From Escherichia phage ES12: 64,000 nt of DNA. The position numbers and the translations under genes are program-made. Below, piece by piece: positions 10,249-22,326 of the stretch (the stretch's first letter is position 1; the number at the start of each line of letters is the position of its first letter). The notes under the pieces are model-generated. The model did no database searches, was not told the origin of the DNA, and saw only the letters and a program-made list of their open reading frames with translations. Where the stretch lies: the sequence record MN508614.1. One strand, written 5' to 3'.

Positions 10249-10598
10249 TTAGAAAGGTCCTGGATGTCTTCTGCGAACTTGTTGAAGGAGTTGTTGATTT
10301 GTTTTTCAACCAATCCTGGCTTACGAGCCACCACATCCGCCTTCTTTGCATCTTTGCGCAGTTTTTCATTTTCACGCTCAATAGCAGCAATCGCCTCACG
10401 ATTTTTATTATTCATCGCATCAATATAATTATACTGAATTCGCAAATTATTTAATGCTAAGGCGTTTTCATTGGCCGTTTTTGTAATTTCTACAACAGAC
10501 GTTTCTAATCTTTCAATTTTATTTTTTAAAATTAAAGAAGTTCCGCCTAATGCAATTACAATTAATAGCAAACCTGCTGTCGTATTACTTAATTGCAT
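10245..10598 (-). CDS. membrane-anchored coiled-coil protein, 117 aa
   Basis: N-terminal hydrophobic helix then heptad-like charged region. Confidence 0.5.
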   Translation of the reverse strand: MQLSNTTAGLLLIVIALGGTSLILKNKIERLETSVVEITKTANENALALNNLRIQYNYIDAMNNKNREAIAAIERENEKLRKDAKKADVVARKPGLVEKQINNSFNKFAEDIQDLSK

Positions 10599-11095
10599 AA
10601 AGTTTTAATAACCTCTATAATATCGTCTTGAGAAAGACCGTTAATTAAAATATGATGTTCAGCCGGAGATTTAGAAATTTTAAAGCATGCCTCAACATCT
10701 TCTGCCATATCCGATGCGCTACGATTTGGATTACTAATTCCAAGACGATGTTTTCCCGTTAAAGGATTAACGATGATATAGCATTTACAGCTATTGATAT
10801 GAACATTAGGTTGAGTCTGATTAATAAACACTTCACAATCATACTTAGCGAGTTGATTTTCTAAAAAGACTTTCATCTCCTCAACCGCATCAGGAAGCAT
10901 ATCACGGGCTTGCTCAAGACGACGATTTCGATATTCTTTAATGGTCGTTTTCCGCTTGACTTGCTTAGCTAAATCTTTCTTAAGATCGGTGATATATCCA
11001 ACTCGACGATTTCCTTTGAATACAAAAATCCCATCTGTAGTATCACCGTATGCTTCAACGACCATTTCAGTAGTAATGAGCTGCAAATCCATCAT
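10589..11095 (-). CDS. alc: Alc transcription-termination protein (host unmodified-DNA transcription shutoff)
   Basis: 167/168-aa ORF between pseT region and rnlA as in T4; start may be second ATG at 11092. Confidence 0.7.
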   Translation of the reverse strand: MMDLQLITTEMVVEAYGDTTDGIFVFKGNRRVGYITDLKKDLAKQVKRKTTIKEYRNRRLEQARDMLPDAVEEMKVFLENQLAKYDCEVFINQTQPNVHINSCKCYIIVNPLTGKHRLGISNPNRSASDMAEDVEACFKISKSPAEHHILINGLSQDDIIEVIKTLCN

Positions 11096-11123
11096 AAAGT
11101 CCTCATGTTATGTCAGTAAGACT

Positions 11124-11153
11124 ACTGTAACACAACACGAGGGACTTGTAAAC
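11124..11153 (-). promoter_or_regulatory. early promoter (GTTTAC -35, TACAGT -10)
   Basis: Reverse complement GTTTAC-N18-TACAGT upstream of alc. Confidence 0.45.
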
Positions 11154-11156
11154 AGC

Positions 11157-12744
<1,588 letters not shown>

Positions 12745-12771
12745 AATAAAATGGGCCTTGCGGCCCACTCC

Positions 12772-13950
12772 TTAAAAGTATTTTTTAAAACTCATCATAA
12801 CTTTATCATCAACATCATTATCAATCTGTGCAACAAGATAAGATGACAGTTCTACTTCTTGTGGCGCTGATTGAACATTATCAGAATTAAGATATTCACG
12901 AATCCAAGGATATGGATGTTTAACCGGAGCATCGGTAATTGGGCATGGAAGACCACACTGTTTCATACGAGATACAGTTAAGTAATCAATAAAGCTCCAC
13001 ATGCTATTTGTATTTAATCCAGGAACATCGCCATCTTTAAATAAATGAACTGCCCAATCTTTTTCTTGGCGGTTAACTTCCATGAAAATATCAACTGCTT
13101 CTTGCTCGCACTCTTGAGCAATTTTAACCCATTCATCGCCATCAGTGCCAAGTTGAAGTTGACGAATAATATATTGGGTGCCTTTAAGGTGAAGCTGCTC
13201 ATCACGAGCAATGAACTTCATAATCTTGGCATTACCTTCCATGATTTCCATGTTCTTATGGAAGTTAAAGGTACATGCGAAAGATACATAAAAACGAATA
13301 GCTTCTAAGGCATTAATAACGTGCAAACAGAGGTAAAGAGATTTCATTAACTCACGCTTCCAATATGTCTCATGCTCAATAGCATCTTCAATAACGTCTT
13401 CGTCTGCATTAATTTCTTTTTGGTATTCGATATCAGCTTTAGCGTTTTCCCAATAACGAGTTTTAATCAGAACATCATCATAATAACGTCCAATGGATTC
13501 AGCACGTTTCATAATAGCTTCATCTAATACAATCTCATCAAATACCTTTGACGGATCAGTATAAAGATTTCGCATGATATGAGTGTATGAACGACTGTGA
13601 ATAGTTTCACTAAAAGTCCATGTAGCAACCCATGTATCAAGGCTTGGGTCTGAAATTAATGACATAAGTACAGCAGACGGCGCACGACCCTGAATGCTAT
13701 CCAAAAGTGATTGATACTTCAAGTTGTTAGTAAAAATATTTTGCTGATACTGAGGAAGCTTATTAAACTGTGCAGCATCCATCATTAAGTTTACTTCTTC
13801 CGGGCGCCAGAAAAATGATAAGGACTTTTCTGTAAGTTCTTCAAATACTCGATGCCGTTGAATATCATAACGCGCAATACCAAGACCTGAACCAAAAAAC
13901 ATAGGTTCTTTTAAAACATCAACTGGATTTGTATTAAAAACTGTGCTCAT
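12772..13950 (-). CDS. nrdB: ribonucleotide reductase small subunit, uninterrupted 392-aa ORF
   Basis: Continuous ORF with RNR R2 features; no intron in this phage. Confidence 0.95.
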   Translation of the reverse strand: MSTVFNTNPVDVLKEPMFFGSGLGIARYDIQRHRVFEELTEKSLSFFWRPEEVNLMMDAAQFNKLPQYQQNIFTNNLKYQSLLDSIQGRAPSAVLMSLISDPSLDTWVATWTFSETIHSRSYTHIMRNLYTDPSKVFDEIVLDEAIMKRAESIGRYYDDVLIKTRYWENAKADIEYQKEINADEDVIEDAIEHETYWKRELMKSLYLCLHVINALEAIRFYVSFACTFNFHKNMEIMEGNAKIMKFIARDEQLHLKGTQYIIRQLQLGTDGDEWVKIAQECEQEAVDIFMEVNRQEKDWAVHLFKDGDVPGLNTNSMWSFIDYLTVSRMKQCGLPCPITDAPVKHPYPWIREYLNSDNVQSAPQEVELSSYLVAQIDNDVDDKVMMSFKKYF

Positions 13951-14001
13951 AAATTTTCCGCTTAGTTAATAGTTGGTGACTCGTCCATGAGTCAAATTAT
14001 A

Positions 14002-16266
14002 TCATAATTTACAGGATGAACAATCTTCAGCTTTTGGAGTTTCTATTTCATAATCATCAGTACCAGAACCATCACGGGTATTATGATAATAGAAATTTTT
14101 AATGCCATAATACCATCCGTATAGCATGTCATCAATCATTATTGACATTGGAACCTTTCCTTTTGGAAAAATCTGCGGGTCATAGTATGTATTCGCTGAA
14201 GCTGATTGACATACCCATTTCAGCATAATAGCTACCTGCGTAAGATAAGGTTTATTACCTTTCTTAGCTAATTTCCATGTATAATCATAGAGGTCTATGT
14301 TATGCTCAATATTGGGCACGACTTGATTAAAGGAGCCCTCTTTTGATTCTTTAACAGAGACTGGTCCACGTGGAGGCTCGATACCGTTTGTACTGTTAGA
14401 AACTTGGGAAGATGACTCACATGGCATAAGTGCTGATAATGTGCTATTACGGATGCCAAAGAGCTTAAGGTCTTCCCGCAGCGACGACCAGTCACAAACG
14501 TATTTTGGAGCTGCGATTTGGTCAATCTTTTTATTGTACCAGTCGATAGGTAATTCGCCTCGAGACCAACGAGTGTCTGAATAATATTCGCAAGGTCCTT
14601 TTTCTTTGGCGAGCTTAATGGATGCTTTAATGAGCCCATACTGTAATCTCTCAAATAGTTCATGTGTTAAATCGTTAGCATCTTCATAAGAAGCAAAGTT
14701 ACTTGCCAGCCAAGCTGCATAGTTGGTAACACCTACACCGAGGTTACGGCGCTTTTTAGCTTTTTCTGCTTCAGGAACTGGATATCCTTGGTAATCCAAA
14801 AGATTATCAAGAGCACGAACTTGAACTTCTGCCAATTCATTAATTTTATCTTGGTCTTGCCAGTCAAAATTATCTAGTACGAATGCAGAGAGAGTACACA
14901 ATCCAATTTCAGCATCAGGACTATTCACATCATTTGTTGGAATAGCAATTTCACAACACAAGTTACTCTGACGAATAGGCGCCTTTTCACGAATAAACGG
15001 AGTATAGTTATTCGTATTATCAATGAACTGCACATAAATCCTTGCGGTTCCTGAACGTTCAGTCATGAGCAATTCAAATAGTTCACGGGCTTTAATACGC
15101 TTTTTACGAATATTAGGGTCTTTTTCTGCTGCTTCGTATAATTCACGGAAACGGTTTTGGTCTTTAAAATAAGAATAATAAAGCTCGCCACCCATTTCAT
15201 GTGGACTGAACAAAGTAATGTAATCGTTCTTTCCGAATCGTTCCATCATCAAATCATTCAGTTGAACACCATAATCCATATGACGAATGCGGTTTTCTTC
15301 TACGCCTTTGTTATTTTTCAAAACGAGAAGATTTTCAACTTCCAAATGCCAAATAGGATAATAAGCAGTAGCAGCGCCGCCACGAATTCCGCCCTGTGAG
15401 CATGATTTAACAGCAGTCTGAAAATGTTTCCAAAAAGGAATAACACCAGTATGACGCACTTCACCCATGCCAATCTTAGAACCTTCGGCACGAATCATAC
15501 CAACGTTAATACCAATTCCAGCACGTTTGGAGATATATTCAACAATTGAAGCAGAAGCCTTATTAATAGACTTTAATGAATCACCTGCCTCAATAACAAC
15601 GCATGAACTAAACTGCCGAGTTGGAGTACGGCAACCAGCCATAATAGGAGTTGGTAATGAAATCTGTCGAGTAGATACTGCTTCATAAAAACGAATAACA
15701 TGTTTTAATCTATCAACAGGTTCATCTTGATGCAATGCCATTCCAATAGTCATAAATGCAAACTGTGGAGTTTCATAAATTTGACCAGTGGTTTTATCTT
15801 TAACTAGATATTTTTCTTTTAATTGCATCGCCCCGGAATAAGTAAATTCCATATCCCGCTCGTGCTTAATTTTTGATTCTAAAAATGTAATTTCTTCTGC
15901 TGAATATTTTGACAATAATTCAGGGTCATATTTACCTTCATTTACACAGTAAGAAATATGGTCAATAAATGAACGTGGTTCATACTGCCCATAAACATGC
16001 TTACGAAGAGCAAACATTAAACAGCGTGCAGCTACATATTGATAATCAGGTTCTTCAACCGAAATAGAATTCGCAGCGGCCTTAATGACAATAGTCTGAA
16101 TATCATCAGTTGTCATTCCATCACGGAGATAAGATTTAATATTTTCATATAATTCATAAGGATCTACTGATGTTCCCTCAGCTGCCCAAGATAAAACTTT
16201 AATAATTTTTTGCGGGTCAAAGCTCTGAGAAACACCACTACTTTTGATAACATTAATTAATTGCAT
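14002..16266 (-). CDS. nrdA: ribonucleotide reductase large subunit, 754 aa
   Basis: 754-aa [34 protein letters not shown]... ATP-cone N-terminus, active-site Cys motifs, C-terminal CxxC. Confidence 0.95.
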   Translation of the reverse strand: MQLINVIKSSGVSQSFDPQKIIKVLSWAAEGTSVDPYELYENIKSYLRDGMTTDDIQTIVIKAAANSISVEEPDYQYVAARCLMFALRKHVYGQYEPRSFIDHISYCVNEGKYDPELLSKYSAEEITFLESKIKHERDMEFTYSGAMQLKEKYLVKDKTTGQIYETPQFAFMTIGMALHQDEPVDRLKHVIRFYEAVSTRQISLPTPIMAGCRTPTRQFSSCVVIEAGDSLKSINKASASIVEYISKRAGIGINVGMIRAEGSKIGMGEVRHTGVIPFWKHFQTAVKSCSQGGIRGGAATAYYPIWHLEVENLLVLKNNKGVEENRIRHMDYGVQLNDLMMERFGKNDYITLFSPHEMGGELYYSYFKDQNRFRELYEAAEKDPNIRKKRIKARELFELLMTERSGTARIYVQFIDNTNNYTPFIREKAPIRQSNLCCEIAIPTNDVNSPDAEIGLCTLSAFVLDNFDWQDQDKINELAEVQVRALDNLLDYQGYPVPEAEKAKKRRNLGVGVTNYAAWLASNFASYEDANDLTHELFERLQYGLIKASIKLAKEKGPCEYYSDTRWSRGELPIDWYNKKIDQIAAPKYVCDWSSLREDLKLFGIRNSTLSALMPCESSSQVSNSTNGIEPPRGPVSVKESKEGSFNQVVPNIEHNIDLYDYTWKLAKKGNKPYLTQVAIMLKWVCQSASANTYYDPQIFPKGKVPMSIMIDDMLYGWYYGIKNFYYHNTRDGSGTDDYEIETPKAEDCSSCKL

Positions 16267-16583
16267 AAGTCCTCAACTTGAAAATCGTCTTTAAACAATC
16301 GGTTAACTATATGAGCTATTATATCACCATGACACGGCTTTGGTTTACATGTGCATCCTAGCCTCATTCCACGTAAAGGCTCTAAATGTGCTTTAGTTAT
16401 TTCTCTGGATTTAATTCGACGTATAAAATCTTTTTTGAATAATTCAATGGCAGCCTCCCGGCTGCCAGCATCTTTACCGACGTAATTTCCCCAAAATGTA
16501 CCACGGTGAATATTAACATCAAAGTCGGATTTGTATTTATTCACTACCCGACATAGACGGCCCGCGCGGTGATAATTCGGCAT
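16257..16583 (-). CDS. hypothetical protein, 108 aa
   Basis: ORF track; ATG start; position of T4 nrdA.1. Confidence 0.55.
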   Translation of the reverse strand: MPNYHRAGRLCRVVNKYKSDFDVNIHRGTFWGNYVGKDAGSREAAIELFKKDFIRRIKSREITKAHLEPLRGMRLGCTCKPKPCHGDIIAHIVNRLFKDDFQVEDLCN

Positions 16584-16800
16584 ATTGTTTTTCCGTTAAA
16601 ACAGTAATATCGTAGTAACAGTCAGAAGAAGTTTTAACTGTGGAAATTTTATTATCAAAATACTCACGAGTCATTTTATGAGTATAATATTTTTTGCCAT
16701 AAATGATAATAGGCTGATTTGGTCCTGGAACTTCTAGCTCACTTGGATTAGGAAGTGTAAAAAGAACTACACCAGAAGTATCTTTAAATCGTAAAATCAT
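16537..16800 (-). CDS. hypothetical protein, 87 aa
   Basis: ORF track; ATG start; ATGA overlap with td stop. Confidence 0.5.
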   Translation of the reverse strand: MILRFKDTSGVVLFTLPNPSELEVPGPNQPIIIYGKKYYTHKMTREYFDNKISTVKTSSDCYYDITVLTEKQYAELSPRGPSMSGSE

Positions 16801-17657
16801 ATTGCCATTTTCCCTTTAATTGCTGGATGCGATTCATAATTTTCAAGGATAAAATCTTTCGGTTTCATGTATTCAGTTAACCAGTAAAGCTGTGTTTCGG
16901 TGTCACAATTTCCAAACTCTATAGGCCAATCAATTTTAAGTTCACATAGTTCTTTAGGCTCACGACGTAAAATTTCTTTACATTGCTCAGTATGATTCAT
17001 ATAGATGTGAGTATTACCACCAGAAAATATCAAATCTCCTGGGATAAGATTACACATCTTAGCCACAATATGCGTCAAGGCAGCGTACGAGGCAATGTTG
17101 AATGGCAATCCCAAGAAAACATCTACACTTCTTTGGTACCATTGTAAATCAAGATAACCATTACGCACATTAAACTGATAGAACATATGACAGGGCGGTA
17201 ATGCCATTTGATTGATTTCAGCTGGATTCCATGCTGAAACGATTTGACGTCGATCAGTTGGTAATTTTTTAATACGATCAATAGTTTCAACTAATTGATC
17301 CACACCGCCGAAATCACGCCATTGTTTACCGTATATAGGACCAAGTTCACCACTATGATATCCTAGGTCTTTAGCCTGGTTTTCATAGTTATCGTCCCAA
17401 ATAGTTTTACCTTGAATAAGACTACCATGTGTGCGAAGACGTAAATCATTAACATTGGTAGAACCGGAAATAAACCATAGAAGCTCAGCAATGCATGCAT
17501 TCCATGCAAGCTTCTTAGTTGTTACCGCAGGAAAACCTTTAGTTAAATCCCAACGTAATTTAGTACCGAACAAAGCAATTGTTCCTGTGCCTGTTCGGTC
17601 ATCGGTTTCATAGCCATTTTCAAAAATGTCTTTAATTAAATCTTGGTATTGTTTCAT
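16797..17657 (-). CDS. td: thymidylate synthase, uninterrupted 286-aa ORF
   Basis: [26 protein letters not shown]... with active-site PPCH motif; continuous, no intron. Confidence 0.95.
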   Translation of the reverse strand: MKQYQDLIKDIFENGYETDDRTGTGTIALFGTKLRWDLTKGFPAVTTKKLAWNACIAELLWFISGSTNVNDLRLRTHGSLIQGKTIWDDNYENQAKDLGYHSGELGPIYGKQWRDFGGVDQLVETIDRIKKLPTDRRQIVSAWNPAEINQMALPPCHMFYQFNVRNGYLDLQWYQRSVDVFLGLPFNIASYAALTHIVAKMCNLIPGDLIFSGGNTHIYMNHTEQCKEILRREPKELCELKIDWPIEFGNCDTETQLYWLTEYMKPKDFILENYESHPAIKGKMAI

Positions 17658-17673
17658 TTAGTACCTTATATAA

Positions 17674-17697
17674 ATTATAATACATTTTATGAAGCTA
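17674..17697 (-). promoter_or_regulatory. candidate MotA-dependent middle promoter for td
   Basis: Minus-strand TAGCTTCA (MotA-box-like) followed 11 nt later by TATAAT, ~20 nt upstream of td ATG. Confidence 0.45.
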
Positions 17698-17702
17698 AAT
17701 AA

Positions 17703-18062
17703 TCAATACGGTTTAGCATCAAATTTTCTCTCAATTTCAGGCGTGAAATATAATTCTTTACCGCGTTTGGAAAAGCGACCAATAATATGATAATTATTCT
17801 CATCAAACGTGATATTACCAATATCCATAGCTTTCAACCAAATATCGATATTTCTATCCAGCTTTATGTCAAAATTCCAATACAGAGAACTATTACCGAA
17901 AATACTGCAAGCGGATTCAGTGAAACAACTGCTATAAATCTTGTCTTTAGGAACTACTAATTGATAGACACCTTTAATAAACTGAGGACCCTGCCACTTT
18001 GGCTGTTTCGTGTCTTTTTCTAATAGAATAGGGTAATAATTAAAATTCATATTTTCCGCCAC
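17703..18062 (-). CDS. hypothetical protein, 115-119 aa, inserted between frd and td
   Basis: ORF track (GTG at 18062; first ATG at 18050); no recognisable motifs. Confidence 0.5.
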   Translation of the reverse strand: MAENMNFNYYPILLEKDTKQPKWQGPQFIKGVYQLVVPKDKIYSSCFTESACSIFGNSSLYWNFDIKLDRNIDIWLKAMDIGNITFDENNYHIIGRFSKRGKELYFTPEIERKFDAKPY

Positions 18063-18070
18063 GTGTTATT

Positions 18071-18900
<830 letters not shown>

Positions 18901-18910
18901 ATTATTTTCC

Positions 18911-19153
18911 TCAAACAGACTTTTTCACAATTTTCCAATCAGCTTTAAACTGATCAACATCAGAATGATAAATCCAGAATCCTGCGCTTTCTCCGTCTTC
19001 ATAAAGAGGACATCCATCACATTCATCTTCCCATCCCATGCCACGTAAAAGGTGTTCAGCTTTTTCAACAAGTTCAGAATCTTTACCGATGATATTAAAA
19101 TACCATTTACCTCTAACTTCTGAATCTTTGATGCTCTGGCGTTGTAATCTCAT
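18911..19153 (-). CDS. hypothetical protein, 80 aa
   Basis: ORF track; ATG start. Confidence 0.5.
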   Translation of the reverse strand: MRLQRQSIKDSEVRGKWYFNIIGKDSELVEKAEHLLRGMGWEDECDGCPLYEDGESAGFWIYHSDVDQFKADWKIVKKSV

Positions 19154-19262
19154 TTTATTCTCCTTAGCAAGCTTTAATCAAAAGATATAAACAGACCAAC
19201 ATAACTGCTGCCATAATATAAGGTGCGAACATTTTCTTTTCTCCATTAGTTTTGATAGGGTA

Positions 19263-19292
19263 ATAGTATCACACTACTACCCTTCTGTAAAC
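19263..19292 (-). promoter_or_regulatory. early promoter (GTTTAC -35, TACTAT -10)
   Basis: Reverse complement GTTTAC-N18-TACTAT. Confidence 0.45.
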
Positions 19293-19657
19293 TACTTTTT
19301 GAAAGTTTTTCGCAAAAGTTCAATGATTTCATCTACATTGTTTTCGTCAACAATGCAGTGAATTTTTGTTACGCCAGAAACTTTGTCTTTGACTTCATCT
19401 TCTTCAGAAGTCGGTTCTTTATACTCACGAAAACAATGAAATTCGTCTTCACAAACGTTAAAGTAAAAATGCTTTCCATTTGCGCATTCAATGTGTTTTA
19501 TTACTCTAAATCCATCAACAAAGAAAGCTTCTTTAACTTCAAACCATCCGCCATTTTCTTGAATAATTTTAACTATTGCTGAATTAGAACGTGGGCGATA
19601 ATTAATAAATGTATCAATAAGTCTTGGAACAAGTTCATACTTTTTACCGATATACAT
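19292..19657 (-). CDS. hypothetical protein, 121 aa
   Basis: ORF track; ATG start. Confidence 0.5.
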   Translation of the reverse strand: MYIGKKYELVPRLIDTFINYRPRSNSAIVKIIQENGGWFEVKEAFFVDGFRVIKHIECANGKHFYFNVCEDEFHCFREYKEPTSEEDEVKDKVSGVTKIHCIVDENNVDEIIELLRKTFKK

Positions 19658-19701
19658 TATGTTTTCCTCATTTTAACGGGGCTGTAATAGCCCCTTGATA
19701 A

Positions 19702-19929
19702 TTATTGTTCAATCAATCCCATGTAAAATTCTGCGTCTTCAGAATCCATACCATCACAATATTCATTAGCCATAAAGCGGGTGAGGTCTTCAAGAGGACC
19801 TTCAATAACGATTTGAATACTCCAAAACTTAGAATCTTGCACGCTTGTGATACTAAGTTCAGGATAACGATTACGAATAATTTCTTCGATATATTCAAAA
19901 TCAACGATGTCAATATCAACTTTAGCCAT
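19702..19929 (-). CDS. hypothetical acidic protein, ~75 aa
   Basis: ORF track ORF trimmed to ATG at 19929 preceded by AAAGAGGAAAA; the 5' extension would overlap the promoter. Confidence 0.45.
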   Translation of the reverse strand: MAKVDIDIVDFEYIEEIIRNRYPELSITSVQDSKFWSIQIVIEGPLEDLTRFMANEYCDGMDSEDAEFYMGLIEQ

Positions 19930-19972
19930 ATTATTTTCCTCTTTAATCATCAGCAGTATTGCCGATAGTTGT

Positions 19973-20002
19973 ATAGTACCATGGAAGGACAAGGATGTAA
20001 AC
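19973..20002 (-). promoter_or_regulatory. early promoter (GTTTAC -35, TACTAT -10), part of a repeated promoter-terminator cassette
   Basis: Reverse complement GTTTAC-N18-TACTAT; flanking sequence nearly identical to 37245..37337. Confidence 0.5.
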
Positions 20003-20020
20003 CGTTTTGTGAAAAAATTT

Positions 20021-20051
20021 TTGAAATAAAAAGGGGACCTCTAGGGTCCCC
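20021..20051 (-). terminator. gene 32 rho-independent terminator
   Basis: ggggacc-tcta-gggtcccc hairpin followed on minus strand by a U-run, just downstream of gene 32 stop. Confidence 0.65.
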
Positions 20052-20073
20052 AATTAATTAGTAATATAATCTA

Positions 20074-20979
20074 TTAAAGGTCATTCAAAAGGTCATCCAG
20101 GTCTGTGTCATCAGCACTAGATGAACTGCCAGAGCTTGAGCTCATAAAATCATCTTCAGTTTTTGTATTGAAGTCATCAACATTGAATGCATCCAAATCA
20201 TCAGCAACTTTATCAGCTTTCTTAGCAGCAGTTGCAGCAGCACCGCCCATCACAGCAGTTCCCATAACTTGACCGAATTTAGTGCTCAGTTCTTCAAACG
20301 ATTTGAATTTATCTTTAGAAGTCATTTCAGAAAGGTCAACCATTTGTTCGAACAGTTCTTTCTGGAAAGATTCATCGTCAATGTTTGGAATCGCAGATTG
20401 ATTCAGGAATTTAGATTCGTCGTAGTTACTAAATCCAGAAACCTGTTTAACTTTCAGTACAAAGTTAGCACCTTCCCACGGACAAGTTACATCAACCGGA
20501 GTTTCACCCATTTCAACATCAACCGCAATCATCGCGTTGATTTTATCCCAGATTTTCTTACCGAAACGATATTTAAATACTTTACCTTCATTTTCTGGAG
20601 CAGCTGGGTCTTTTACAACAAGAATATTAGCCCAGTAAGAAGTTTTACGTTTAACAAGACTGTACTCTTTATTGTCAGTGTTGTACAGATCATTTTTACT
20701 GATGTACTGACATACTGGACAAGAATCGTAATCACCATGGGTAGATGAACATGTTTCAATATACCATTTACCATTTTTCTTGAAACCGTGATTTACAAGA
20801 ATTGCGAATGGTGCTTGTTCATCATTTTTAGACGGAAGAAAACGAATTACTGCTTGACCGTTACCCGCATTATCGAGTTTCAGTTTCCACTCGCCTTTAT
20901 CTTCAGAAGAAAAACCTTTATTGCCATTCAGTTTAGCCATTTGTGCAGCAAGTTCAGCAGTAGATTTACGTTTAAACAT
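20074..20979 (-). CDS. 32: single-stranded DNA-binding protein, 301 aa
   Basis: [49 protein letters not shown]... with acidic Ser/Asp-rich C-terminus = T4 gp32. Confidence 0.95.
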
Positions 20980-21038
20980 TTTATTTCCTTTTTAATTTAA
21001 TTTAATTTAATTAACAGTTGGTGCTATGACACTTTACC

Positions 21039-21671
21039 TCATAGCTGGCATAATTCGCAATACTCTGGGTCTTCGAGAGGTATCCAACCTGAGTTGAAAT
21101 ACTTTACCATCGATTTAGCAGTTGTATCAGTTATATTTATATTACCTTTAACTCTTCGCCATCCAGGAGTTTTACCGTACAGATTAGAGGATAATAATAA
21201 CACATAATTCTCGTAAGCAATATGAGATAATTTCCAAGACTCTATATTAGCTCGTGATGTTTTCCAAGGTCTAAAATCGTCACGGTTCATATAATTAGCC
21301 AATCTCATATGCTCTCTAACTTCCGGGTCTTTGGCTGGATGAGTTTCACCACTCACACCAAATCCACCACCAGCATATACCAGATTAAAATAGTCTGGAT
21401 TATCTCTGGCATTTACTTCAAGTTGGTATTTTCGTTCTGCTTCAATAACATCCAAGTCATCATCAATTTGAATTATTTTAACGCTCGGTTTTTGAAGCAT
21501 TAGCGCATTCAAAAATCTTTTTTGTTTACATGAGCTCCAGTATTCCTTTCCGGAAGAGTCATATATTATTCCATTCTCAAATGAGCAATTTAATTTACTA
21601 CCGATATAGTAGTATGGCGGAGTCTTATTTTTGACACGGTCTTCAAATGTAAACCAATATACTATATTCAT
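21039..21671 (-). CDS. segG: GIY-YIG family homing-endonuclease-like protein, 210 aa (segG-like position)
   Basis: N-terminal IVYWF...YYYIGS resembles GIY-YIG; located between 32 and 59 where T4 carries segG. Confidence 0.5.
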   Translation of the reverse strand: MNIVYWFTFEDRVKNKTPPYYYIGSKLNCSFENGIIYDSSGKEYWSSCKQKRFLNALMLQKPSVKIIQIDDDLDVIEAERKYQLEVNARDNPDYFNLVYAGGGFGVSGETHPAKDPEVREHMRLANYMNRDDFRPWKTSRANIESWKLSHIAYENYVLLLSSNLYGKTPGWRRVKGNINITDTTAKSMVKYFNSGWIPLEDPEYCELCQL

Positions 21672-21672
21672 A

Positions 21673-22326
21673 TCAATACTTACAAGATTTCACAGTTTCA
21701 ATGAAAACACTTTTAGCTTTCTGTGAATCAATATTTAAAATTTTTCTATAAGCCTTTAACTTTATAGAATAATTATTCCAGACTAAATTATCAGTCTGTT
21801 CATCATGTTTATCAATTATATTTAAAAACGAATCAAGCAAGATAAACGTTTCAAACGAAATTATATTCGATTGAAGTAGTTTAAAAATATAACTTGATTG
21901 AACTTTTGGATTATACTCAAAGATTTCTTTAAAAGCAGAAACTTCAACTTTTTTACTAAAATAATAAATGTTGCGAATATCTTCTTCAAACTTAAATTTA
22001 ATTTGCTTTAAGCGTCCGATATATTCACGATAAAACACAAGTGCATCAGCGTCAGAGATGTCACCAATCCAAGCATCCTGGTTGGCAACCAAATTGCTTA
22101 TAAAGATTAAAGCAAGTTCCTTTAATTTATATTTTTCTGATAACTTCTGGAAAAAATACTTATCCCTTCGCTTTTGATAAGCGGCATCAGACACCCGCAT
22201 GCACCAATTATACTTAATAACATCATACTTTCCATTCATATGTTGTTTTATCATTAAGTATAATTTATAAACTGATTTACCATCAATGTATCTTTCACCA
22301 CCAGCAGGCATGCGGAGTTTAATCAT
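21673..22326 (-). CDS. 59: helicase loader, 217 aa
   Basis: MIKLRMPAGGERYIDGKSVYKLYLMIKQHMNGKYDVIKYNW... = T4 gp59. Confidence 0.9.
   Translation of the reverse strand: MIKLRMPAGGERYIDGKSVYKLYLMIKQHMNGKYDVIKYNWCMRVSDAAYQKRRDKYFFQKLSEKYKLKELALIFISNLVANQDAWIGDISDADALVFYREYIGRLKQIKFKFEEDIRNIYYFSKKVEVSAFKEIFEYNPKVQSSYIFKLLQSNIISFETFILLDSFLNIIDKHDEQTDNLVWNNYSIKLKAYRKILNIDSQKAKSVFIETVKSCKY

Noticed and set aside
20269-20748. 159-aa plus-strand ORF antisense to gene 32
   Set aside because: Entirely inside the well-supported gp32 CDS on the opposite strand; Phe/Arg-rich translation typical of antisense AT-rich sequence
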